A DNA stretch of 64,000 nt, taken from the IMG/VR virus record IMGVR_UViG_3300036851_000339, positions 6,483 to 70,482 of that record; one strand, written 5' to 3'. This DNA comes from a virus. Each line of letters begins with the position of its first letter. Within the stretch, counting starts at the first letter, position 1. The position numbers were made by a program, and so were the translations under genes. Shown here piece by piece: positions 10,301-22,200 of the stretch. Below the pieces are notes generated by a model, which saw only the letters and a program-made list of their open reading frames with translations, did no database searches and was not told the origin of the DNA.

Positions 10301-11335
10301 GATATTGTCCTGGTGGGGACTGAGAGTGGGAGGGTTCTTCAGAGATCAACCTCAGCTCTCACCGATGCAGGAACTCCAATCAGTTGCAGAGTGTGGGATC
10401 GAGAAGAGATATGGGATTCTCTGAGAGCCACTAAGCAGGTTGGGGATACGATGGTGGATGTTGATCCTGCGAATGCTACCATCACTCCTACTTTGAGGTA
10501 TGATAATAATACCTCTAATGACGTACTGAGTAATATAACTGGAAATGGGAGGGATCAGTTTGTCAGAGATATCAATAACGGAGCTGGAAGAGTTGTACGA
10601 GGGGCAGCACTGGATCTGGCCTGGACTGATGGATCAACAGGAATTCCAAAGGTATATGCTTGGGAACCCTCAGCTCTCATCAAGCCTGAAGAGACTATCA
10701 ATAGAGCCTCAGATTGGGATGCGGGTGGGTATACTGGTACGAAGTGGCTGCAAGGATTCCGTCTTAGGGGGGATACTGCCGGATTAGCTAAGTCGTTCCA
10801 GGTGGAGATAGATGGTGGGGTCTTTGTTGAGAGTTTCACTTTCACCGCTAATGGAGAACAGGTCCAAACATTCTGGCTCAACACTCCAGTCGTCTGCCAT
10901 GAGATGAGACTTCTAGGGACCGATTCGGATTCCTGGAGATTCATGGGAGTGGAATGGATCTTCGAGCCTGAACCTGAGATGGCCGCTGTATGGGAGACTC
11001 AGGTGACGAATTTGGATCTGCCCTTCTTCTCACATATCCGGGAGATGATGATAGCTCATCGTTCTACTACTGATATAACGATGACTGTCACGACTGATGG
11101 AGTTAGTAATACATATACTATCACTAATGGAAGTGGTGAGAGAGTTAGAACCTATCTACCACTTCTGGCCATTAAGGCGAAGTACCACAAGTTTCGATTT
11201 ACCTCATCTCAGCCTTTTGGATTATGGATTGTAGATCTGGAGACTAAGGCGGGTAATTGGGGAAGGGTTGAGGCGTATGCTACAATAAAGCCTTTTGGAG
11301 ATATATCTAGGAGTAATGGTGGAGCAAGAATCTAA
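7340..11335 (+). CDS. Tail nozzle / DNA-stabilisation protein (P22 gp10 / T7 gp12-like) with large insertion
   Basis: 1331 aa; N-terminal LENMR...WRQRPG; beta-propeller-like C-terminal half; gene position. Confidence 0.6.
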   Translation: MAEYNGKPQILTKRGMNVTLPGDRLTQEWFQYLENMRSYLIGEWRQRPGTEQLFDVDESIYHITRLNNNNSGTFRRFVGTTNGNVYVDNAAHNSASIADSGYGGKEYSSVISRPDRSTEPYLFIGSDLRNGKFDTVGARTEWGLSAPIQPLEANFLGANYKIASHLYFPPGAVVFEGTTTYTPSSGAIGTSSRTSNIFPLTAFYDNGGINTPPGMASITLTSQVFPPWTDQLQPGMFIDFVFRFGGPPASQVYFGRTIVEEVIFPIANTAITAIAYDTGSTGPCSITLQSPTEGLKRNCLVNVNGQTTRVLSVTRDQDGIPSFRCDLPFTAIVGMPVTGVYCFRAYIDTTWIVGSAPLTTYATSGVWDWTGITAGLQTATATRSDFNLAVTEVPQGGINEIRSFQADDIFHISINANYGAVSEIQVQFDVNDGTFTQNYYFLAIRPPDLFGSYIQNQVAIMSQQNQVTIDQLDKFVQDELLRAEKIYPPQDYEAIGDIARQFLDTVNIDASTGLVVGSGSGTVSVTNNSGTGQWAEIFVPIGQFQRVGTGIFDWSNVQAVRVTVNATTTTSISFGSLYIRGTYGPNSKDIPPYTYTYRARNTLTGARSNPSPPTRYTTDIYRGLVELTIPPYPDPQADVIDIFRQGGVLTTPQLTATIPSSQASVFDILPDSIAIRNPTIEVDRFKPWISSDFPLQGVCNTAGTSVLRQSGDVFDTRWIRGTQIIIGDRVYSIYTNPASTDFLTLNESAGAQTNVPFYVPEPILDGQTYLAVFGPYAGATGEFIFAVGDPRNPGYIYWTNGNDIESTSDVNSLELCNPSETLMNGCVLDGIVYCFSDKRAWRILPSFTGGQTGGGSDFYPQETAIGKGLCSRWGLAVGDAIYFVSYDGVYRSRGDAIESLTDESLAPLFRRDGVNTSFQVPVSPLDLTQPDEISLIYSYDGLYLHFLGIDGVRYVGYMSFLTGGWTFDTIIGDAIIRSSREIQSTTQDIVLVGTESGRVLQRSTSALTDAGTPISCRVWDREEIWDSLRATKQVGDTMVDVDPANATITPTLRYDNNTSNDVLSNITGNGRDQFVRDINNGAGRVVRGAALDLAWTDGSTGIPKVYAWEPSALIKPEETINRASDWDAGGYTGTKWLQGFRLRGDTAGLAKSFQVEIDGGVFVESFTFTANGEQVQTFWLNTPVVCHEMRLLGTDSDSWRFMGVEWIFEPEPEMAAVWETQVTNLDLPFFSHIREMMIAHRSTTDITMTVTTDGVSNTYTITNGSGERVRTYLPLLAIKAKYHKFRFTSSQPFGLWIVDLETKAGNWGRVEAYATIKPFGDISRSNGGARI

Positions 11336-12003
11336 TGGCCACAGAGTTCATATCCCAGAGCACAGTCAACTATGCTACTAGAACCAATACTCTAATACCT
11401 GCTCCCATCAATATTCAAGATGGCGATCAGTTGGGGATGATCTTTGTTATATTTAGTAACTCTCCCGCCGCTCCAACTCCCACCTTCCCTACTGGGTTTA
11501 ACTCTGTGGGAGGTGTGTATCCTCTGATATTGTTAGGAGATGATCTTGCTGTCCATGCTGTTACTAAAGAGGCTGCTTCCGAGGTTGGAGATTATGAGGT
11601 AGTACACACAGAAGCCAACACGACAGTCTTTATGGTAGTTGTGAGAGGGTCTTCTGGGTTGGGAGCTATAAGTGGAATCATTTCAGCGACTGAGGTAGTT
11701 GATATAGATAGTGTAACAACTATCAATAATGAATCGTTTGTTTTGTTATTCGCTCAGTCGAGTAACTTCCTAGGAGCTGTCACTCCTCCAGGCGCGCCAC
11801 CTACATTTGATGAGAGATTTGATTCTGCATTGAGCATACTCTATGCGGCTACTGGAATAATGGCCACGGCTGGAGCTACTGGAAATAAGATAATGACTAT
11901 GACTGAGGGTCCTTCATCTGGAGGGATGATAGTTTTTGAAGCTGCAATTGCCCCTCCATCAGGTGGAGGTGGTGTGGGATATAGATTCGATGATTGGTAT
12001 TAA
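11335..12003 (+). CDS. Tail-associated beta-sandwich protein
   Basis: Coupled to the nozzle gene; beta-rich. Confidence 0.45.
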   Translation: MATEFISQSTVNYATRTNTLIPAPINIQDGDQLGMIFVIFSNSPAAPTPTFPTGFNSVGGVYPLILLGDDLAVHAVTKEAASEVGDYEVVHTEANTTVFMVVVRGSSGLGAISGIISATEVVDIDSVTTINNESFVLLFAQSSNFLGAVTPPGAPPTFDERFDSALSILYAATGIMATAGATGNKIMTMTEGPSSGGMIVFEAAIAPPSGGGGVGYRFDDWY

Positions 12004-12012
12004 AGGAGAAAT

Positions 12013-12360
12013 ATGATAGCGGCAACGGTAACACTTTCAACTACAGCTCAATCACTTAGAGCTTTGATTGACGCTGCGACTCCAGGTCAACTCACTCCCC
12101 TCTTTACTAATAGGGTGTGTGAAGTGCAGATTCAGGTAGTAGGACTTACAGATCAATTCTTTCTGGTCTACAAGCCAGGGATAGTGAGTCTTGCAACTGA
12201 CGCAGGGTTCTTCTTTCAAGGATTGACAGACGATGCAACAGGTTCTAGAAGTCGCTGTGTGATGCGAACCCCAACAGGCAATCAACTTTCACTCGCCGAT
12301 ATTTATCTGGTTGGCGCAGTAGGTGGAGAACAGGCAGCGATCTTAGCTAATACAATTTAG
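12013..12360 (+). CDS. Hypothetical virion protein
   Basis: AGGAG RBS; operon context. Confidence 0.5.
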   Translation: MIAATVTLSTTAQSLRALIDAATPGQLTPLFTNRVCEVQIQVVGLTDQFFLVYKPGIVSLATDAGFFFQGLTDDATGSRSRCVMRTPTGNQLSLADIYLVGAVGGEQAAILANTI

Positions 12361-13136
12361 TGCCAAGAAGCAACACTTCAAATAGATATGTTATTCCGAC
12401 TCTGCCAAATACAGATCCCAGAGTAACAAGAGTTATTCAAGATCTGGCGGATAGGGTGAACTATCTCACTGATGAGATTGGTAGGGTGAGAGCTGTCGCT
12501 AATGATGTGACTGAGTTGGCCAAGAAAGAAAGACCAGTACAGGGAGTACTAAACCTTCCTGGCCAAGCGGGAGCAGGTGATGGATTCATTCGTATTAGTA
12601 AGGATGGAGTTATAATTAGCTATGCTAGCCCAATCAGGAATGCATATACACTGCCTCTAGATTTATCTTCTGGCGAAACTTCGATAACGGTAAATACAGA
12701 GACGATTTTGAGACAGACTTCTATTCCAGCTAACTTTCTGAAACGGGGAGATCATCTTCGTGTCCAAGCTGGAGGATTTATTCTCTCTGATACTGGAGTT
12801 GTTACTTCTGTTACTTGGAGAGGTAGATTTGGCAGCACCGGATTAGCTAGTCCTGAATGGATGAATCCTGTTACGTTTGCGCCTGGAGTAGCTCTTGTTC
12901 CTTGGTACATGGAATATGTGTTGACACATGATGCCGATAATCCAGACTTTATGGGCATAGGTGGACAATTCAACTTTAATAATGGAGCAATATTTCCGAG
13001 GGTTGATAGAGGAGAGATAGTAGCAGACTTTACTGTGGATAATACCCTCTATCTAACTGCACAGATCGCCGGAACCGGGGCTAATCAATTCGTAGTTAGT
13101 GAGACATACGAAGTGTTAAAACACTCACTGGGGTAA
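12360..13136 (+). CDS. Tail-associated protein (coiled coil plus beta domain)
   Basis: C-terminal domain resembles the fibre C-terminus (TSIPANFLKRGDHLRVQAGG vs TIVADTLAANNDFIEFAYGG). Confidence 0.5.
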   Translation: MPRSNTSNRYVIPTLPNTDPRVTRVIQDLADRVNYLTDEIGRVRAVANDVTELAKKERPVQGVLNLPGQAGAGDGFIRISKDGVIISYASPIRNAYTLPLDLSSGETSITVNTETILRQTSIPANFLKRGDHLRVQAGGFILSDTGVVTSVTWRGRFGSTGLASPEWMNPVTFAPGVALVPWYMEYVLTHDADNPDFMGIGGQFNFNNGAIFPRVDRGEIVADFTVDNTLYLTAQIAGTGANQFVVSETYEVLKHSLG

Positions 13137-13138
13137 AC

Positions 13139-13570
13139 ATGAATAATATAATTATCAGGATGTTAGACCCAGAACAATATTATCTCTTGGAGGAGTTCTG
13201 CCAGAGAGAAGGAATTGACGCTCCATCCCCAGAGTTCAGTTGGGTTGTCGCTGCGATTGATACTGAGATTGGAAAGATTGTGGGGATTGTAGTGGCGCAG
13301 ATGTTGATCCATTGTGAACCGATCTGGCTACAGAAGGATGTCCAGGGCAAAGGTTTAAAAGAGAAGATGATGGATATGCTGGAGTTGAAGTTGGATGAGG
13401 CATCTGTATTGAAGAATGTTCCTATTCATACTTATGTTGAACCAACAAATCCGGCAGCGGAGAAGATATGCAAGAAGAGAGGTTTCGTTCAGAGTGAGAG
13501 AAAATTTTGGACAAAATTTTACACTGGCGAGAGTTTTATAAAATTACTTAACAGCAGCAATGGCTCGTAA
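13139..13570 (+). CDS. GNAT-fold protein preceding the ejection genes
   Basis: VQGKGL acetyl-CoA-binding motif and N.AA.K...K.GF motif; positioned like T7 gp13 / P22 gp14. Confidence 0.6.
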   Translation: MNNIIIRMLDPEQYYLLEEFCQREGIDAPSPEFSWVVAAIDTEIGKIVGIVVAQMLIHCEPIWLQKDVQGKGLKEKMMDMLELKLDEASVLKNVPIHTYVEPTNPAAEKICKKRGFVQSERKFWTKFYTGESFIKLLNSSNGS

Positions 13571-13591
13571 GTCGTTGAAAGGAGAGAACTT

Positions 13592-14722
13592 ATGGCGGCA
13601 GCTATACCGATGGCCATAGGGCTAGGCACCAGCGCAGTACAGGGGGTGCAAGGGAAGGGAGCAGCTAAGGAGCAGCGTAAACAGGCTGATCAGCAAATGG
13701 CTCTACAGAGACAGCTATTAGATATGCAGAGGCCATTCCTCCAGAATCAACTGGATGTGAGTAACTACTCTGTTGATGCCCTATCTAGAAATCTCAATCC
13801 CCTCCTCTCCGCTTATATGAGCTCATCTCAAGATGCCGATAAGCTGGGAGACCAGATGATTGGCCGATATGATGAGCTGATGGGTGATGCTCTTGGGAGA
13901 GAGAACCAACTCTATGGCCAGGGGCAGAACCTGATGAACTCTTCTCTTGGATATCTCGACGCGGCAGGAAGAGGACTTGGTGATGTTCAGAACTTCTATC
14001 GCAGCTTTATGGATAGTGGACAGAGGGCGATAGATAGATTCCTTCCATCGGCGCAGAGGACTTTTGAGAATATAGCTCCAGAGATTGGCAATATCAATCA
14101 GGGGTATCAGTCTGCGAATGAGAATATAGCCAGGTTTGCTCCGAGAGGTGGAGGGAGAGTCTCTTCGATGGCAAAGGCCAACACTGATAGACAGAAGCAG
14201 ATCAGTGATCAGTTCTTTCAGAGCAGACAGAATACGCAGAATCAGGGACTCCAAGCTGCATTCCAGGGAGCAGCTGGTCAAGGTCAGACATCCAACTCCC
14301 TAGCAAACCTATACCAGTCTGCGCTTAGTGGGGGTCTTAATACAATCGGGACCGGCTCCAACTACCTCACATCGAGGGGAGGATTGGCGCAGAATGCTTT
14401 TGCTCAGGGACTGAATGCAAAGAATCTATCGCTCAATAATAAACAAGGGATGTCAGGAGTGCTCCAATCTCTTATGGGTGTTCCAGGCTCCTCTGGACAG
14501 AGTATCCCAAGTCTCTATGGCACCCAGGCGAACCTTAGCAATGCCGCTGCGAATAGGGCTTATGGATCAGACGCGAATCAGAAGCAGGGATCAGGGCTTG
14601 GTGGCTACCTTGTGGACTTGTTTAATAACAAAGGAGTGCAAGGTAAGATTGATGGTTTGTTAGGTGGGCTGTTTGGTAAGGGTAGTAGTGGAATGACACT
14701 TGGTGACTTCAACATGGATTAA
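13592..14722 (+). CDS. Internal virion / DNA ejection protein
   Basis: MAAAIPMAIGLG N-terminus; Gln/Gly/Ala/Ser-rich helical sequence. Confidence 0.65.
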   Translation: MAAAIPMAIGLGTSAVQGVQGKGAAKEQRKQADQQMALQRQLLDMQRPFLQNQLDVSNYSVDALSRNLNPLLSAYMSSSQDADKLGDQMIGRYDELMGDALGRENQLYGQGQNLMNSSLGYLDAAGRGLGDVQNFYRSFMDSGQRAIDRFLPSAQRTFENIAPEIGNINQGYQSANENIARFAPRGGGRVSSMAKANTDRQKQISDQFFQSRQNTQNQGLQAAFQGAAGQGQTSNSLANLYQSALSGGLNTIGTGSNYLTSRGGLAQNAFAQGLNAKNLSLNNKQGMSGVLQSLMGVPGSSGQSIPSLYGTQANLSNAAANRAYGSDANQKQGSGLGGYLVDLFNNKGVQGKIDGLLGGLFGKGSSGMTLGDFNMD

Positions 14723-14731
14723 GGAGTAACT

Positions 14732-16210
14732 ATGCCAGGAGATATAGCATCGGAAATTTTTGGTCGTTTGAGACAACTCAATGATGAGCAGAGAGGTAAG
14801 GACTACGATAAGCAGAATCAGTTGGTGAAGCTCTATGGGAGTCTGGCGGAACAGATCGAGCCAGATAGCATGGGGACATATCTTCAGGGGTTTGAGAAAT
14901 TGATGTTCCCATCGAATATGACTCCCAAGGGATTCGATAAGAAGGGCTTTATGAATTTCGTGAGATCCGTCTCTGGTATGCCGAGTGATGACTATGGGAC
15001 GAGACTGGGAAGTGAGTTCAGAAATCTCACTTCGAAGTTCATGGGTCCTGAGAGGGCCGCAAAGGCTAAGCAGAGTTGGACCGCTCAGATGGCTACTCCC
15101 AATAATGAGATGGAGATGGCCAATCGAGAGCAGGTATTCCAGGATGAGCGTAATCTCCCTGACTCCATTGTGTTGAGAGACCCAAGGCAGGAAGCTCTAC
15201 AGAAGATCCAAACTCAATATGGTCTTCAGTATCAGCAGAAGATGAATGAGCTCGCCACCAGGGAACAGAACATGAGGGAGAGGCAGAGACTCAATGATGA
15301 GAGGGACTTTGGGAATAGGTGGGAACTTGCTCAGCACAACTCTACTCTCAAATCTCGTCAGGACATCTTCAATGAAGCTATGAAGGTGGCAGGGAAATAT
15401 CAGAGAAGATATCCAACTGACACAGATTATGACGAGGCCATTGGTAATATATCAAGAAGAGATAATCTCAATGAAGAGATCTTGAGGAATAGATCAGGAT
15501 ATCTAAAAGCTCAAGCGAATAAGGCTGAGATGGAAACAGGAGTCATGAGAGAGTCTGGCGGAATGAAGCCTGCTGATCTAAGAGCTGAGAGACAGTTTGC
15601 ACAGGGGCAATACTCAGATGCCAGAAAGGTCTATGACACCTGGGCTCAATCGAGAGAGAAGGCGAGGGGATATATGCCCAATATCTCTGCGATGGAATCT
15701 AGACTGGAAGGGATAGCTAAGAAGATTCCTTCCGCTCCTGGGAGCCAAGGCGCATACTTTGATAAGACTAAAAGGACTATCGTGACTCCGGAGGGACTTG
15801 GTTTGCTGAGGGCTGATCAGGCTGTTCTTGATGACTATCTCAAGATGCTGAAGGAAGAGGCTGCTGTAAAGGCTGAGATGAGAGGGGCGTTTGAGCAGCT
15901 TCAGGGGATGCCGGACTATATCGAGAATATTGGTGGTAGTGAATGGGATGATATAAGGTTGAAGAAAGGAATAGCTCCCCGTCCTGGGATAAAGAGACAA
16001 GGAGATAGACAACCTCAACAACCTGAGACACCTTCAAGACCTCTTCCCAGAGCTGGCCTCACTACTAGCGCTCCAAGGCCAGTTATCAAGATTCCATCGA
16101 GAGTTGATAGGACATACCAGCCTAACGAGATCATCAATATGAGTGGGATCAGATATCGAATAATGGACATAGCCCCAGATGGAACAGCCACGGCAAGAAT
16201 AGTAAGGTAG
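14732..16210 (+). CDS. Internal virion / ejection protein
   Basis: Helical, charged; second gene of the ejection triad. Confidence 0.55.
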   Translation: MPGDIASEIFGRLRQLNDEQRGKDYDKQNQLVKLYGSLAEQIEPDSMGTYLQGFEKLMFPSNMTPKGFDKKGFMNFVRSVSGMPSDDYGTRLGSEFRNLTSKFMGPERAAKAKQSWTAQMATPNNEMEMANREQVFQDERNLPDSIVLRDPRQEALQKIQTQYGLQYQQKMNELATREQNMRERQRLNDERDFGNRWELAQHNSTLKSRQDIFNEAMKVAGKYQRRYPTDTDYDEAIGNISRRDNLNEEILRNRSGYLKAQANKAEMETGVMRESGGMKPADLRAERQFAQGQYSDARKVYDTWAQSREKARGYMPNISAMESRLEGIAKKIPSAPGSQGAYFDKTKRTIVTPEGLGLLRADQAVLDDYLKMLKEEAAVKAEMRGAFEQLQGMPDYIENIGGSEWDDIRLKKGIAPRPGIKRQGDRQPQQPETPSRPLPRAGLTTSAPRPVIKIPSRVDRTYQPNEIINMSGIRYRIMDIAPDGTATARIVR

Positions 16211-16249
16211 TAACTAAAGTAACATCCATGTTACTTTTGGAGTAACATA

Positions 16250-19200
16250 ATGGCCTCAGAGATTCCTATCGTTGATCCTTACGAGATCGAGTTCGATCAG
16301 GATACAGACATCACCTATAAAGATCCTGTCACTGGAAAGAGGATAGCGGTTCGCCCGCCGAAGCCTAAAGCCCCAGATGTCTATAAGAAGATAGGCACCG
16401 AGCTGATTGAGGATATCAAGAAGGGCATCGAAGTAGAAAGGCCCATCAAGAGAGCTCTCACTCGACCTCAACGGAAAGACATCAAGATAGAACCCCAGTT
16501 CGATACAGTGGTAGCTCCTCCTTATATAGATTCATCTGGGAAGTGGGCTCCATCTTTTGAGTCTGCCTATCCTGGATTGACGAGAGGTCAGAGCGTAATG
16601 GCGGATGCCTTAGCTCGACCAGATGAAGAGAATGAGTTCCAGCGAAAGGTGACGCTTGCTGAATTCGACAGGGAGATGCAGAAGAAGAACGCTCCTGGAT
16701 ATGTGGAACAGCTAGGGAATAGGTTTGCCAGAGGGTATATGAGTTCAGGGGAGAGTATGCTTAAAGGGGTTTCTCTTCTGAATAAGGAATCAGCCACAGA
16801 TCCCACGACCCAATTCCTATATGAGACTCCTCAAGAGAAGAGGGCCACCTATCAAAGGCTTATGCCTATTGATGAATATGATAATAGTCTGCCAATGCTG
16901 GCGGCTCAAGGATTGGGGTCATCTGTCCCATTCATGATGGGTGGAATCGCTGCGGGGCCTCTCTCTACTTATTCTACTGCTCTTCTGGGAGCTGCATCCA
17001 ACGCGGGTTCTACCTATGATGATGCTATCGCTAGAGGAGCTGATGACTCATCCGCGAGATATGCAGCAGTGGTTGGGGCTGTGATCGGATTGGGTGAGGC
17101 TGCTGGGATTGGAAGAATCAAGGGATCATCGAAGTTGCCCTTCCAGATGAATCCACTGGCGAGAGTTGGGCAGTATGCGTTGCAGACAGGACAGGAGGGA
17201 GCTGAGGAATGGATTCAGGAGACGGCTTCTCAGATTCTAAACAATGTCAATGCTAAAGTGATTAGTGGATATGATCCGAATAGAGCCATCCAGGAAGAGG
17301 TTTGGGAGAATGGGCTGAGTGGATTCCTAACTGGTGTGCTGGCTGGTGGAGCATCTAGTGGCGCATCTCGACTGGCTCTTCAAGCTGATCCCCAATATCA
17401 GAAGTTGAAGGCTTTCGATCAGGAGTTCAAGTTATATCTTAACAGCCCGGTTGATGAGAGGATTGCCGATCTTAAGACATTCACTCCATCAGAGGTTGGA
17501 GATCTCCCAGCCGCTAAGCCACTCGACTCTGCCTCGAAGAGAATATCTTTCTTGAATGAGAGGATTGAATATCTCAAGCAGAAGTCAGGAGCAGCCCAGG
17601 CAAGTGGAGACAGCCAACTAGCAGAGTCAATCAATCAGAGAATGGTAGAGATGGAGAGTGAGATGTCTGCTCTTCAAGAGAACAGAGATCTCGATATGAC
17701 CTTTGACCTCCTCCCCTCACTCAAATCAGGTCAGAGTCCAGCGATGGTAGTTCCTAATTGGGTGATCGCAGCGGCTGAGAATAGGGATTACTCTCCAACT
17801 TTGGGCGTTACAGTTCCCACGAAGTTATTTGGTAGAACTCTGGGACGAGTTATGCAGAGAAGTCCCTCAAGAGAGCACATGGAGGCTGTTGTCGATGCTC
17901 TGTGGGAGATCAAGAATGCTGCGAGTGATGAGGGTCTATCTTCAATTGCGCTCGTCAGTAGGGATGCTCTCACTCAAGGATATAGCCAGGTCCCATCTCA
18001 CGAGTCTCTCCATGTTGGGCAGATAGCGGCTGCTGAAAAGGCCGGAATAGGAGAATCACTTTGGGAGTTGCACGATAAAGAATGGGCCAAGACAAACCCC
18101 TTTATTCAAAAGGTCATAGCCTCTGGAAAAGGAAGTGAGGTTCTCACTCCCGGAAGAGCTCCAGAGGACCTCCTCGCTGTCGAGCTTCCAGTCTACGTGA
18201 TGACGAATGAGGCCACTAGATTTTTCGATACTGATGAGGAAGGTGATGACTTTGTGATGGACTATTTCACCCACATCCTTCACAATAGAGGAGTTGAAGC
18301 CCTCAATGAGATCGAGAGGGCTCATCGAGCTCTTCCTGGAAGAGAAGAGATAATTCCACAAGTAAGGAGCATATATGAATCCCATATCAGAGAACTCATT
18401 GACGCAGGGACCGTCCCAAGAGAAGCGGGAGATAGGTTCCTTGAATCTTTCATTGCTGGCCGCACATCTGAAGTCCCTCCTGGAATCGGGAGTCCCAGAA
18501 GCAGAGGCGTTGGCGGATACAAAACTGCTGATGAGGAAGCTCAGATTGGCAGTCTCCCAGCCAGTGAGCCTCCCAGAGGAATCGCTCCAGACCTCAGAGA
18601 GTCAAATCTAAATAGATTCCTAGAGAAATCCTCAGTCAAGGTTCCTCTTTATCATGGGACATCATCTCCCAGTGAGATAGTAGGAATTGATCCGTCCAAG
18701 TTTGCTCCTAATGCGCTCTACGGACCTGGGTTTTATATGACCCAGAGTAGTGAGATTGCTGCGGGAGATGAGGGTTACGCTACAACAACTGTAGATAGAT
18801 ATCAGCAGCCAGTTAAGATGGAAGGGCCATTTGGCGATGAGATAGAAGTCCTGGAAAGTATTGGAAAACCTCGTGCCTATCAACTCTACACCAACATCCA
18901 GAAGCCCCTCAATGTTGAACAAGTTAGTGACGTGGAGCTAGGAAAGAAACTAGATCAGTTGGTCGGGTTTGATTATCCAGTCTTACAAGACGGAGTAACT
19001 CCTGATGCGGATAACCAAGAAATATATCAATTACTAACTCGATATTTTGGAACTAAAGAAGAGGTTAATGATTGGTTACAGGCTCAGGGGTATGATGGGA
19101 TTACTCATATAGGGGGAATTACTAATTCTCCTAAATGGTTCCAGTCGGAAGAGGAAGCTAGAATCTATGCAGATCAGACTGGAGGAGATCTTCTCGGTCC

Positions 19201-22200
19201 TGAAAATATTCCATTTCAAGCAACTGGACCTATGGGTGAGCCTTGGATGGTCAAGGGACATAGAGTCTGGATCGCATTCCCTAACGCTCAGGTGAAATCA
19301 GCGACAGGCAACATAGGAGCCTTCGATCCCAGCAATGAAGAGTTGTCTGCTGCTATACCTCCTCCACTCAAAACTGTCTCTGACCCAAATGAGAGAGAAG
19401 ATAATCTTCTTGAGTTTCTTAGGGATTCACAAACATTCTATAAGAGTGGTGATCCCATAAAATTGTATATTCCTTCCATAGCTAGGACTGCTCCAAATGT
19501 TCTAAATATAAATGACTATGTAAAGAACAAATATGCTGGCCTTGAGCTATATCAAAGTCCTGAAGCTGCTGAACAAGATTTAGAGACTAACTATAAATAT
19601 GGAACTCCAACAGACAGCGAGTTAGAAGCAGATCCAGATTTTGAGGCGATCTATAATCAACAGTTGCCTTTTGTTATTGGAGATTGGAAAAGACAACAAG
19701 GACTTCTACCCAGCAGAAAATTTGATGACCCCATTCCAGATTATGTAATGCCATATCTTGAGGAAAGAGCTCGCATTAAAGCTTTTGAGATTCTCAAGAA
19801 TCGTTATCCAAATGTTCCTCCAGGAGATGTTCTACCTACTAACAGATCTCGGCAGCTACAGTCTTTCTATGCCAATATAACAAACCCTTTTGATTTGGAG
19901 AAAGGTTTTACTCCAGAAGAAATCGAGAGGATACGAGAGGGAATGATAAAAGAGCTGGCTGAAAGACGAGATAAAAAACAGTTAGTATCAAGCCAGAACT
20001 ATGAGGATATACGATTTAATGTAGAGGATTCAGCTCTACGGATTCTGGAGGAAGAGGCAGAGAATGAGATTGACAGAGTTCAAGTGACAGGCCAAAGGAT
20101 CTTCGAGGAGATGGGTAAGTATCTAACCAACTCTAGAGGAGGCCCAATGTGGACAAGTATTAATAGAGCTCTTCAGTTGGCTGGATATGATGGATATAAA
20201 TATTTATATCAAGAGGGATATCCTAAAGAATTTAATTCGCTGAAGGAAGCTAGAGATTACGCGGATAAAGTTGGTGGCATTCTTCGGGAAGAGGGCGGGT
20301 TTATAGTTGGACCTGATAGATGGATTACATATGAAGTAGTTGACCCTACCACTGGGCAGAAGTCAATAAATAGAAGATTAGATCCACATGTTAGCGTAGG
20401 GCCAACAGTTTATGGTTCTACAGTATGGGGTATATGGAATAGAAGCCAAATCAAGTCTGCTACTGGGAACATAGGAGCTTATGATCCTTCCAATGAAGAG
20501 CTGTCGGCATCTACTCTACCTCCTCTGAAAGTAGGAGATAAAGTCAAGAAGAAGATTCTCTCAGGTGTTGGTAAAGAGGTGGGCGAGATCACCAGCCTTG
20601 GACAGGATGAGGATGGTGAGTTCGCAGTTGTCACATTCCCAAGTGGGTCAGAGGAGATCTATCTTGATAGACTGGTAAAGGATGTCCCGAAAACCCCATC
20701 TCCATCTACTCCACCAAGTAAAACTCCACCTGCCCCACCAACTAAGGTAGCCCTGGTTGGGGATAAAGTAAAGCTGAAGGATGTCCCCGATCCAGTCGAG
20801 GTCAAGTATCGAGCTATAGATGGCATTGTGGTTGTGATGCCCGATGGAACTGTTAAGCCTTTTGATTTCAAAGATATAGAGTTCGTTGCAGAACATGGAG
20901 CCACGAAGCCTAGATCTGCGGCTCCAAGATATACAATCAGACAGAAGGCCATCCTCGATAGCCCAATCATAGAAGAGGTCAACCCTTCCCAACAATCTCT
21001 CCCAGGGATAGAAGCTCCTAAGAGGGTGCAGGCTGTTCCTGAATTGGAGAAGCCAGCTCAACCTCGTCTACCTGGTGTCGAAGAGTCACCCATTCTCTTC
21101 CAACGCCATATCACCCCAGAAGTAGTAAGAGCTGTAACGGAGGGGTTCAAGGCTCTACTCGATGCGGGGGCTATAAAGCGTGACCCAACTCAGAGAGTCT
21201 TCCTCCAGGTCTATGATGCCGTGATGACTGGGAAGATCAACCCAAGGAAATTCTCCGATCTCCTCGATGAGAACAACCTCTCTATTGAGGACTTCGCATC
21301 GGAGCTAGAGGAGACAGCATCTGAGGCGGGGCGCATTCTGGGAGAGTTCTCTAGATTGTCTAGGTATACCGTGAAGTTCATGAGGGAGAACCCAGATCTA
21401 GCGAAGAAGGTCATCCCGAATAAGGTAATGATGGATGCAATCCTGAGAGAGATCGAGACAGATGTGCTTGGGAGGAACTTCCTGGATAGAGCCAGTGGAT
21501 TAGGAGTTGGACTCATTCTCTCTGATCAGTTCATAGCAATCCGGAATATTGTCACAACCCTTAAGCGAATCCCTATTCTGGGAGGAACTCATGCGATTGC
21601 TGCTTGGGTTAAGTATGTGAATGAGGGATCTCCAAAAGGGATGAATTATCCTGATACTATCGCAGAGGCCAATCATCAAGCCCTTATGGCATTCGAGCCA
21701 ATGGCGGAGGTCCTCGCCCACATGACTCCTCCTCAACTAAGGAGATTCCTCAACTTCAAAGGGATGGGTGAGAGTGAGAAATACACAGAGGCCATCATCC
21801 AACTCTCAAAACACTTTCCCCATTTAGAGAAGGAGTTGGCTGTTCCGGGGTTCGGGCCTGATAAGAAGAGTGATGATGCAATGGTGGAGATGGAGGGCAA
21901 TGTAGAGACGGCTAGGCAGATCCTTAATGATATGAGGATAGATATTAAGGATCGGGATAGACTGGAGAGAAGGTTCAAGATCGCTGAGAGGAGATTAGAA
22001 AGTAACACAAAGGGAATTGGGAGAGTGCTCAGAGGAATAGAGTGGCCCATCCAGCAGATGATGAGACCTGCTAACTTTGCTGAGAAGTTCTTTCGGCATC
22101 CAGTCTTCTATGGACATCTCGCAATGACGATGAAGGAGAAGGGGTGGGATCTGGCAGATGCTATTAGATTTGAGAAGGGGCAAGAGAAGGATCTCACCAC

